Shown: piece by piece, positions 1 through 8,700 of the stretch
Position numbering within the stretch: the first letter of the stretch is position 1
Layout of the letters: each line of letters opens with the position of its first letter
NCBI RefSeq assembly: GCF_006345805.1
Contig: NW_021826791.1
Coordinates: 1-12,018 of the forward strand
Direction of reading: 5' to 3'
From: Octopus sinensis
Taxonomy: Eukaryota
Length of the DNA: 12,018 bases
The notes under the pieces: model-generated
Seen by the model: only the letters and a program-made list of their open reading frames with translations
What the model was told of the DNA's origin: nothing
The model's database searches: none
Translations under genes and position numbers: made by a program

Positions 1-24
1 ACGCCATAACACGTACATACGCAC

Positions 25-198
<174 letters not shown>

Positions 199-218
199 GT
201 ATTACATATAAATACATA

Positions 219-790
219 TTTCTTTATTAGCCACAAGGACCTAAACATAGAGGGGGACAATACAACCTGATTGGGGTCAGACACACAATGATTATATGAC
301 TTAAAATTTTACAAAATATAATGGAATCGAATGAAATCGAATGAGATACAACAAGGACGAAATACAAACATGAGATGAAGCAGAGAGATGGCTTACGCTC
401 CGACCCCACGAGCCCCATTCTCCTACTGGAACTTTTGTATGCAGACTTATGACATGTTCACGAGGAATCTTTAATTCCCAGCACCCTCGCAACATGCAAC
501 CATCTTTCTTTGAACATTTTCTTCGGCAAGCATCTTCTCTCCAGCCTCACTTTCCTTTTAAGGTGGAAGATAAAAATATCTCACCAACCCGAGACCGGAG
601 ATGAGGTTACCTATCGCCAAACCTTTCATTCGCGACTTCCATACCACCTCTTTCGCTATTGCTACTACTGCGAGAAAACATTGCTTACCTTCTTTCGTGA
701 GGAAATCCGGTGGGTCAGTTTTTACGATTGACTCAGACGAAACTCACAACGTGCATTTCAAAGCTCCTGTATGGCTATCGACTACCATCT
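219..790 (-). mobile_element. 5'-truncated Tx1/L1-clade LINE, 3' fragment (ORF2 C-terminus + 3' UTR); a different family from the 5717-9613 element
   Basis: The minus strand from 740 translates SSESIVKTDPPDFLTKEGKQCFLAVVAIAKEVVWKSRMKGLAIGNLISGLGLVRY, then after a frameshift FIFHLKRKVRLERRCLPKKMFKERWLHVARVLGIKDSS*. This aligns without gaps to the C-terminus of the + strand LINE ORF2 (39/86 identical by hand). It ends in TGTGGCTAATAAAGAAA (235-219), identical to 9594-9610. The 5' boundary (~740-800) is uncertain. Confidence 0.88.
458..740 (-). pseudogene. LINE ORF2 C-terminal remnant (one frameshift near 575; TGA at 460-458)
   Basis: Translation as above; motifs ESIV, VAxAKE, RxKGL, HLKxKVRxER and FKxRW are shared with the ORF2 at 8915-9205. 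Confidence 0.85.
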
Positions 791-1364
791 CATTGCAGAA
801 TAACTCCTTTTACTAGATATACATGTAAAACTCACTTAATATACGCAAAATTTAAATAAAGATCTATAAAACAAGACGATGAAATGAAGAAGCCTTAATC
901 ATAAATCTCAACAATTGTTTCTGTGCATTGGTAATAGCTATTTACATAAATTATTATATAGATAAATACGAGTCAGGGGCACGTCATCAGGTGAGTGGCT
1001 TTGATAGCACTGCTGAACCACGAACAGTTTACCATGGTTCTATGCTCCTTTGTATTATTAGCCTTCTGTCTACACTAAATAATTTATAGATTCAAACAAA
1101 CGCAGGCCACAACAATATCAACGAAAAGAAGTAATGACGGTAACAAAAAAATAAATATGATTTACAAAACAAATGTGCCAAAATTAGTTGATAGATATAA
1201 AAAATCAAAAGTAGGAACATAAATAAAACTTGAAACTCTACATGGTTTTTTTATTGTCGTAAATTTGTTGCTTGAAAAATAAAAGATACAGCCGAATGAG
1301 GTAGCTTTGATTTAAAAGGCCTGGGAAACTTTAAGTTGCATTAAGCCGAACAAAACAGTCATAA

Positions 1365-1452
1365 ATACTAGTAGTAATAGTTGTTGTAGTAGTAATATTA
1401 TTATTGTTGTTGTTGTTGTTATCATTATTTTTAGTAGTAGTACTAGTAGTAG
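1365..1452. repeat. Mixed trinucleotide microsatellite (TAG/TTG/TTA)n
   Basis: Runs of tagtag, ttgttg and ttatta. Confidence 0.9.
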
Positions 1453-1645
1453 TATGTATGTATGTATGCATGTATATATATATAGATATGTATTTATGTA
1501 TGGATGTATGTATATATATATGTATATATATATATATATATACATATATATATACATATATATGGATATATATATGCATACATATATATGGATATATATA
1601 ATGCACATATATAATGCATACATATATATGCATACATATATATGC

Positions 1646-1682
<37 letters not shown>

Positions 1683-1745
1683 ATATTATATATATATATA
1701 TGCATACTTTATATGCATATATATATGTGCATACATATATAATGG

Positions 1746-1779
<34 letters not shown>

Positions 1780-1805
1780 CACATGTATATATATATATGT
1801 ATTAT
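1453..1805. repeat. Long imperfect (TA)n with TATG/ATATGC interruptions
   Basis: Directly visible; source of the Y/I/H-rich pseudo-ORFs. Confidence 0.97.
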
Positions 1806-1844
1806 AAGCATGCCTATAGATAGATAGAAAAGCAAACGATTGGA

Positions 1845-2018
1845 TGAGTGTGAGTATACGTTGTGTGTGGTTTCTGTGTGCGTTTCTGGTTTCTGTTTGC
1901 ATATGTGTACGTGTGTGTATCTGTGAGTGAGTGAGTGTGCGCAAGTGTGTGTCTATCTGTGTGTGAGTGTGTACGTGTGAGTGCGTGCGTGCGTGTGTGT
2001 GTGTGTGTGTGTGTGTGT
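1845..2018. repeat. Degenerate-to-perfect (TG)n microsatellite
   Basis: Directly visible. Confidence 0.93.
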
Positions 2019-2142
2019 TCCTCTTGTACAAACAGACATGGTGAGAGGCATATGGAATATATTAAATACGGTAATTAGTCAAAGCAAACAAAACCACTGC
2101 GGCTTCGAAAGGAGTGTCTGGGTCAGAAATCCAAATTAAACA

Positions 2143-2266
2143 GCCACACACACACACACGCACACACACACTCTCTCTCCTCAACACACACACACACACG
2201 CACCACACACACACACACTCTCTCTCTCTCACCACACACACACCACACACACGCAACCAACACACA

Positions 2267-2301
<35 letters not shown>

Positions 2302-2320
2302 CACACACACACACACACCA

Positions 2321-2353
<33 letters not shown>

Positions 2354-2455
2354 GCACACCACACACACACACTCTCTCTCTCTCACACACACACACAACA
2401 CACGCACACACACACACACACTCTCTCTCTCTCACACACACACACACACAACAAA
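2143..2455. repeat. Compound (CA)n/(CT)n array with ~50-bp higher-order periodicity
   Basis: Six CT tracts starting near 2171, 2218, 2267, 2321, 2372 and 2421, separated by CA tracts. Confidence 0.9.
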
Positions 2456-2483
2456 CAAATATATATATATATATATGTGTATA

Positions 2484-2648
2484 GGCGCAGAAGTGGCTGT
2501 GTGGTAAAAAGATTGCTTCCCACCTACATGGTTCCGGGTTCAGTCCCACTGCGTGGCACTTTGGGCAAGTGTCTTCTACTATAGCCTCGGGCCGACCAAA
2601 GCCTTGTGAGTGGATTTGGTAGACGAAAACTGAAAGAAGCCCGTCGTA
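2484..2648 (+). mobile_element. tRNA-derived SINE family A (Octopus-type), 5' half
   Basis: GGCGCAG start; A-box-like TGGCTGTGTGG (2494-2504); B-box-like GGTTCAGTCCC (2537-2547); CORE-like TTTGGGCAAGTGTCTT; near-identical to 3401-3551, 10294-10446 and 10750-10870; ends at CCCGTCG, where (TA)n begins. Confidence 0.92.
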
Positions 2649-2654
2649 TATATA

Positions 2655-2711
<57 letters not shown>

Positions 2712-2896
2712 GGCGTGGAATATATATATATTGGAATAACATTACATGCGGCTGAAGAAGAGCTTTAACCATCCTTTATACACTGATGTAAGAATAGGTC
2801 GTTTATAAAGCTTGAACACACGTGTACCGGGACATCCTTGTATTCTGTTTTTGATTTTATTTGATATATATATATGTATATATGTATGTATGTATG

Positions 2897-2929
<33 letters not shown>

Positions 2930-3043
2930 TATATAGATATATATATTAATATATATATATATATAAACTTAGATAAACTTAGATATGTTTCAACCAAAGA
3001 TTGGTCCAGTCCATGTCTAACTTTATAGCACTACATAGATATA

Positions 3044-3085
<42 letters not shown>

Positions 3086-3104
3086 TAATTATATATATAT
3101 ATAA
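2648..3104. repeat. (TA)n tracts (~2648-2708, ~2864-2964, ~3046-3104) interleaved with two short unique segments
   Basis: Directly visible. Confidence 0.9.
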
Positions 3105-3105
3105 T

Positions 3106-3322
3106 GTGGTGTGTGTGCGTGTTTGTGTGTCTGTTTGTCCCACCACCATCGCTTGACAACCGATGTTGGTGTGTTCCCGTCCTCGTAACCTAGCGGTTCA
3201 GCAAAAGCGACCAATAGGATAAGTACTAAGCTTACAAAGAAAAAGTCCTGGGTCGATTTCTTCGATTAAATGCAGTGCTGCAGCATGACCGCAGCTAAAT
3301 TGACTGGAACAAGTAAAAGAGA
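3106..3322 (+). mobile_element. SINE family A, 3' half (diverged copy)
   Basis: GCTTGACAACCGATG...TAGCGGTTCAGCAAAAG...AAGTAAAAGAG is homologous to 3692-3893 and 10486-10678. Confidence 0.9.
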
Positions 3323-3400
3323 ATATATATATATATATATTAGGTTGTCTCACATGAAAAGTCGCATTTGGGAAAGTAAACTGAAATTATTTTGTTAAGT

Positions 3401-3559
3401 TGGCTGTGTGGTAAGTAGCTTGTTTACCAACCACATGGTTCCGGGTTCAGTCCCACTGCGTGGCGCCTTGGGCAAGTCTCTTCTACTAAGCCTTGGGCCG
3501 ACCAAAGCCTTGTGAGTGGATTTGGTAGACGGAAACTGAAAGAAGCCGTCGTATATATG

Positions 3560-3620
<61 letters not shown>

Positions 3621-3632
3621 TATATATATATG

Positions 3633-3665
<33 letters not shown>

Positions 3666-3893
3666 ATATATATATATATATATTATATGCGTATGTGTGT
3701 TTGTCCCCCTAGCATTGCTTGTCAACCGATACTGGTGTGTTTATGTCCCCGTTACTTAGCGGTTCAGCAAAAGAGACCGATAGAATAAGTACTGGGCTTA
3801 CTAAAGAATAAGTCCTGGGATCGATTTGCTCGACTATAAAAGCGGTGCTGCAGCGTGGCCGCAGTCAAATGACTGATACAAGTAAAAGAGTAA
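3401..3893 (+). mobile_element. SINE family A, near full length with expanded internal (TA)n, nested in the mariner 3' UTR
   Basis: Head 3401-3551, (TA)n ~3552-3688, 3' half 3692-3893 ending AAGTAAAAGAGTAAAGG. It lies between the mariner stop codon (3904-3906) and the TIR (3340). Confidence 0.93.
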
Positions 3894-3903
3894 AGGAGAA
3901 TAA

Positions 3904-4092
3904 TTAATCAAAATATGACCCTTGTTTATTTATGACCTTCATCCAACAGTCCTCTTAAGAATATATTCTATCTTCAAAGAATTTGTCATCTTTTCCACTG
4001 ATAAACTGTTCGAATGCTTCAATTACCCCTTCTTTATTTAAGAATATTTTGTTGCACATAGCAAGCTCGAAGTGTTTAAATATGGGATAATC
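3904..4092 (-). pseudogene. mariner transposase C-terminal remnant
   Basis: DYPIFKHFELAMCNKIFLNKEGVIEAFEQFISGKDDKFFEDRIYS*EDCWMKVINKQGSYFD* matches the mariner (S)DYHLF...F...GI..L..RW.KVI...G.YFD C-terminal pattern; internal TAA at 3957-3955. Confidence 0.88.
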
Positions 4093-4699
4093 TTGGTTCA
4101 TTTTAAGGCTTTCATTTCCTGAACGAAATATTTGGAATCATCTCTGAACAGTTCTAATTTCGGATCTTTTCGGTTTGAACGGCAGTTTTTAACATAATTT
4201 CCACGTAACTAAAAAAATTTAAACGTCGAATACTGGTAGAATGTGTTTATAAAACATCCTTTTCTCTTGGCTTTATTGAGAAAATTATATAGTTTGTAAG
4301 ATATTTGTTGTTTTTTTCTTCAATTTCTGCAATTTCAACCAATCAATTACGTCTATTGAGGTAAAAAAAATATATTCTGTGCCGTATGAATATGTCCCTC
4401 GTTTCAGAAACAGATTGGGTTTATTTACATTTGAGAAGCAAAAAAAGATACCCTTCCCCCCACACCGAACCCTAACCCTAACACAGATTAAAATGCAATA
4501 GATCGATTCTAGGGTCATAATTATGGGTGACAATTTCATGACACCGCAAGAAACAACTGCCGTTCAAACAGAAAAGATCCCTAATTTCAACAGAACTGTT
4601 ACCAAAAGCCCGCTCAATGTTTCGTAGAGCTCCGGTGGCCCACTGACCAAACTTGTATTCGTACAAGAAAATCACTCGGTATTGTTCAGGTGTCAACAT
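4093..4699 (-). pseudogene. mariner transposase N-terminal HTH remnant, interrupted by the MITE at 4162-4580
   Basis: MLTPEQYRVIFLYEYKFGQWATGALRNIERAFGNSSVEI (ATG 4699-4697). After removing the MITE and one TSD it continues RTVQR*FQIFRSGNESLK, matching the Hsmar1-type RAIFLFEFKMG...RNIN.AFG...ERTVQ.WF.KF..GDESL pattern. Confidence 0.88.
4162..4580. mobile_element. 419-bp MITE with 29-bp TIRs and 8-bp TSD (CTAATTTC); GG termini suggest the Merlin superfamily
   Basis: Left TIR GGATCTTTTCGGTTTGAACGGCAGTTTTT (4162-4190) matches the reverse complement of 4552-4580 at 27/29. Direct repeat CTAATTTC at 4154-4161 and 4581-4588. No credible coding capacity. The superfamily assignment is inference. Confidence 0.93.
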
Positions 4700-4917
4700 T
4701 GCCACAAGAGCTGTGGGCGGCAATTTTGAATAATGGTATTATAGAAAAATAGAATACAGAATAATAGTATAATTGTCTAGAAAGAAAAAGAGTTAAGAGT
4801 AAACACAAGCGTATGCAGAGAAACTCATTAAAAATCCATTTATAGATGACTCATAAGAAACCCATTAAAAATACATTTCATATATATATATATATAATAA
4901 ATCTCTGAGCGAGGTAG

Positions 4918-4918
<1 letters not shown>

Positions 4919-4978
<60 letters not shown>
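4919..4978. repeat. (TA)n microsatellite
   Basis: Directly visible. Confidence 0.97.
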
Positions 4979-4982
<4 letters not shown>

Positions 4983-5175
4983 GGAAAGTTTAGTTACGAA
5001 AATAAACAAAAGACGAAGGCAGGTGGTGTACTAACAAACAAATGTATTAGTATAGCGCTCAGGAATAGAAAAAGTATTTTACGTTTCGAGCCTACGCTCT
5101 TCGACAGAAAGATACACAGAAAAAAACAAGGAGAGAAAAAAAATGTGTGTAGTAGCTAACGATCTATCATGGCGT
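4979..5175 (-). mobile_element. Probable Penelope-like element terminal remnant carrying a minimal hammerhead-like motif
   Basis: Minus strand 5115-5074 reads GTATCTTT-CTGTCGA-A-GAGC-GTAG-GCTC-GAAA-CG-TA-AAATAC. The CTGxxGA...CGAAACGT layout is typical of Penelope-like termini. Boundaries are approximate. Confidence 0.45.
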
Positions 5176-5361
5176 CTATGTATAATGCGTATTTGTTAAT
5201 TGTAATTAGTTTGCTCAATGTGCGTCGCTCGTTAGTCTTAGAGAACCAGCTGCACACTAATGAGACACTCTTACACACACACACACACGCGTGCATGCAG
5301 CCCGCACCATACATACACACGCGCGCGCTTCTGCACGTACATCCATAAATATATTTGCGTT

Positions 5362-5655
5362 TAAGTATCTATTTATTTATCTATCTACTTATCTATCTGT
5401 CTATCTATCTACTTATTTATCTACCTATCTATCTATCTATCTATCTATCTACTTATCTATCTATCTATCTATCTATCTAACTGTCTGTCAGTCTATCTAT
5501 CTATTTATCTATCTATTTATCTATCTAACTTACTATCTATCTATCTATCTATCTATCTAACTTACTATCTATCTATTTATCTATCTATCTATTTATCTAT
5601 CTAACTTACTATTTATCTATCTATCTGTCTATCTATCTATCTATTTATCTATCTA

Positions 5656-5716
<61 letters not shown>
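5362..5716. repeat. (TATC)n array with an internal (TGTC)n block (~5657-5700)
   Basis: Directly visible; the last perfect CTAT ends at 5716, directly abutting the LINE. Confidence 0.97.
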
Positions 5717-8700
5717 TTGACACAAGTAAGTAACTCTCTGTACTTTCATTTGTGTGTTTTAAAGCACACACCCCAATAGAATCATGGTCAAGATTGGTTG
5801 TGTGAATGCGCGTGGCTTGGGGTCTCCTTGGAAACAAGGATACCTCCTAAATGACATCAAGTCACATGATTTGGGAATCATAGCCATAAGTGAGACCAGA
5901 CTCCACGAGCCACGGGCCTAAAGTTCATTTGGCGGACAGTTTAACATTTATTTCGCTCCCTGTCTGCCGAGGATGGGCGGTAGTGGCACCGCGGTACTTT
6001 TCACAAGAGCCTGGATCTCGAAGTCAAGACGATATTCGTAGACCCGGAGGGTAGACTGATCGTTCTGGATGTTGACGGCAGCAATGGGTGCGCTTTTCGA
6101 CTCGTATCAGTCTACGCACCGCCCTTAACAGGTCGGGCGGTTTCTTTCGACGTCGAAGTATTCTTGGGAACGTCTCGTCCTTTACTCTTAGTGGGGGATT
6201 GGAATGCTACCTTGGACCGCATGTAGACTACGTGGGTAGAGACAGAAACAGAAGGGGATGCAAATGCCTCAGAGACCTGCTCAGACGATTCCAACTGTCT
6301 GACAGGTACGACTAGACCACCCAAATGCACCAACGTGGACATGGAGCAACCGCAGTGGGTCGTCGAGATCGTATCTAGATGGATACTGTGTAGGACAGTA
6401 GACAAGGATAACTTAGGATGTCCACAATTCCACACAGTCAGCTACACGGATCACAAATTGGTGACGTGTACGCTAGACTTAGATAAGGCACATAGACAGG
6501 GTCCTGGGTACTGGAAACTGAACGCATCATTCCCGTCCAGACAAGTTTTCAGAGACCGGATTAGCACACTAGTAAAGAGGGCTTTGACGGGAGCCATCAT
6601 CAACAACAAATGTGGTTTGCCCTCAAGAGAGCAGTAAAAGCAGAAGCGATTAGATACAGCAAAGCACTAGCCATAGATAGAAATAGAGTAGAGGGTGAGC
6701 TAGTTAAGAAGCTAGAAGAGGCAATTAGAAGCGGCATCGCATCCGACGTTTTGGCGGCGAGGTTGGCCCTCGACCAACACTTCAACGCCAAACACGAAGG
6801 ATGTGCTGTCAGAGCTAGGATGCGTGCTCTAAGGAACGAAGGTGTTGGAGCCGCGAGAGAGGCCCGGGTGGCAGAGGCGCAACAGGGCAACAAAGCCACC
6901 ATTTGGTCACTGGTAGATGAACAGGGGCGCGAATGCCTCGAGCCAAGTAAAATGTGTGAGGCCTTTCAGCAGCATTTTGCCCGACTGTTCGGGACGAGTG
7001 GAGGGCAAGAACGTAGGGTAGACTTCAGTGCCTACCTACATAGCCTGCCACGACTCTCGACAAGAAAGGCAGGGTGCTGCGAAGGTGCCATCACGGCGGT
7101 GGAAGTGCGGGAAGCGATGGCAGAATGCTCGAGGGACAAATCACCGGTTTGGATGGTCTACCCTACGAATTTTACTATTGTATGCCAGACTTGTTTGGAG
7201 ACGTCTTGGCAGCGGTATACTGCAACTGGCAGCAAAACGGGAGCATACCCGGTTTTGTGAGTCGAGGAGCTGTAACTCTGCTGAAGAAAGATCCAAACAA
7301 GGGAAACATTATAAATAACTTTAGGCCAATCACTCTGCTCAATGCAGACCTGAAAATTTTGACAAAGGTGTTAGCCAAGAGGTTGGCGCTTGTCATGGAG
7401 AAACTGGTCGACAACGCACAAACGTGCGCCGTGCCGGGCCGGAGCATCCATGACAACCTCCATCTGATGCGCTACATCATAGACAGGGTAGTTAACGAAC
7501 CTGGCATGGGTGGGGCCCTGATCAACTTGGATCAATCGAAAGCCTTTGATGGGGTAGACCATCGATACTTGGAGGCAGTCCTGAGCGGCTGGTTTCGGTC
7601 CCGTCTTCCGCGGCTGGATAGCTGCCTTGTACAGAGACATCATCCGTTCGTAATTCGCGTAAATGGACATCTATCGAGACCCTACGACATTGCACGTTCG
7701 GTCCGTCAGGGATGCCCCCTCTCGGCGCTTCTATACGTATTGACTCTTGAGCCACTACTGCGGAAGCTGGCGACTCTGAGGGGCATCCCGCGAGAATTAG
7801 GATGCGGGACGAGCGTGTCTGCATACGCAGACGGCGTCACCGTCATAGTGTCAAGCCACGAGCACATCGAGCGGGTCGGCGAGACCACTGAAAGACTACG
7901 AAGCGGTGACAGGAGCAAAAATCACCGGGAAAAGTCAGTGGGCTTGCGGCCGGCACCTGGAGAAGGCAAACCCATGCCGTCCACCAGTACCTCCGTCGTG
8001 GGACGCTGGACACGCCCCGGTTGAGTTGCTCGGGGGTCTGGTTCGGTCCGGACCTCCAAATGGAGAAGAACTGGAACGAGATAACGAGTAGGGTGGTCAC
8101 TCTCGCCCAGCAATGGGCCGAGAGGAAACTGTCCCTAAAAGGTCGGGTGGAGGTGGTGAACGCGTACATCGCGTCCATCATCTACTACCGCCTGACCGTC
8201 GTACCTTGTCCCGACCCTACCATCACAAACTAGAACGCATCCTCTTCCCTTCTTGTGGAAAGGATGCGTCCCGATGGTCAGGCGATCCATTTGCTGTCAA
8301 CACCCGTTAAAGGAGGGCTGGGCATGCCGTGGTTGATGATGCGCAGACACCGCGCGAGACTGCGACATCTCCGGTCTATGTAGACGACGGTGAACAGGTG
8401 TGGTCGCCGTTTGTGAGGCACGCATTCCCGCAACTCGTCTCCATGACCGAACTACAGTCGTGGATCAAAAAGAGGCCGAAGAAGGGCGAATGGCACCGCG
8501 AGGTTCGCGTTGCTCTCAAGCAACTCTGCCGTCCGGGTCGACCTTGAGTGACTTCAACACAACCAAGCATTCTATAGGGGATTAGTGGAGGGGAGGTACG
8601 ACGACGAGCTCGGGGCAAACCTGGGCGTCGACGAGGAATACCTGACCCGCCTGCTCAACAAACGACTTTCGGCCCGGGACCTATGGACAACTTCCAGAGA

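Larger units (their letters stand above)
3340..4885 (-). mobile_element. Internally deleted mariner (Tc1/mariner, Hsmar1/cecropia-like) with a nested SINE and MITE
   Basis: The right end reads TA|TTAGGTTGTC at 3338-3349, the TA target plus a TTAGGTTG terminus as in Hsmar1/MADE1. Transposase N- and C-terminal remnants lie on the minus strand. The left end is only weakly inferred: ATATGAAATGTATTTTT on the minus strand near 4866-4883 resembles the inner right TIR ACATGAAAAGTCGCATTT, and the outer part is lost in (TA)n. Confidence 0.85.

Noticed and set aside
962-996. Possible 29-nt micro-exon: TAG acceptor at 959-961 and perfect CAG|GTGAGT donor at 988-996
   Set aside because: No polypyrimidine tract, no recognisable peptide and no partner exons; expected by chance in 12 kb. 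Only RNA-seq could rescue it.
1312-2549. Long ORFs of 60-239 aa rich in Y/I/H/T/C/V (also 3486-3725, 5291-5560, 9688-9993, 11355-12007)
   Set aside because: They are translations of (TA)n, (CA)n, (TG)n and (TATC)n repeats, which lack stop codons in some frames; no domain signal.
2484-2560. tRNA gene calls for the A/B-box-containing segments (also 10964-11030)
   Set aside because: No complete cloverleaf; each continues into SINE body sequence, so they are SINE heads.
2752-2764. CTGAAGAAGAGC resembling a second hammerhead core
   Set aside because: No stem II partner or GAAA follows.
4285-4539. 84-aa minus-strand ORF inside the MITE
   Set aside because: No transposase motifs; it crosses low-complexity and telomere-like sequence, so it is a chance ORF.
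6112-7918. Minus-strand ORFs overlapping the LINE (6112-6435, 6600-6902, 7175-7456, 7371-7670, 7706-7918)
   Set aside because: Antisense shadows of a GC-rich coding sequence; no motifs.
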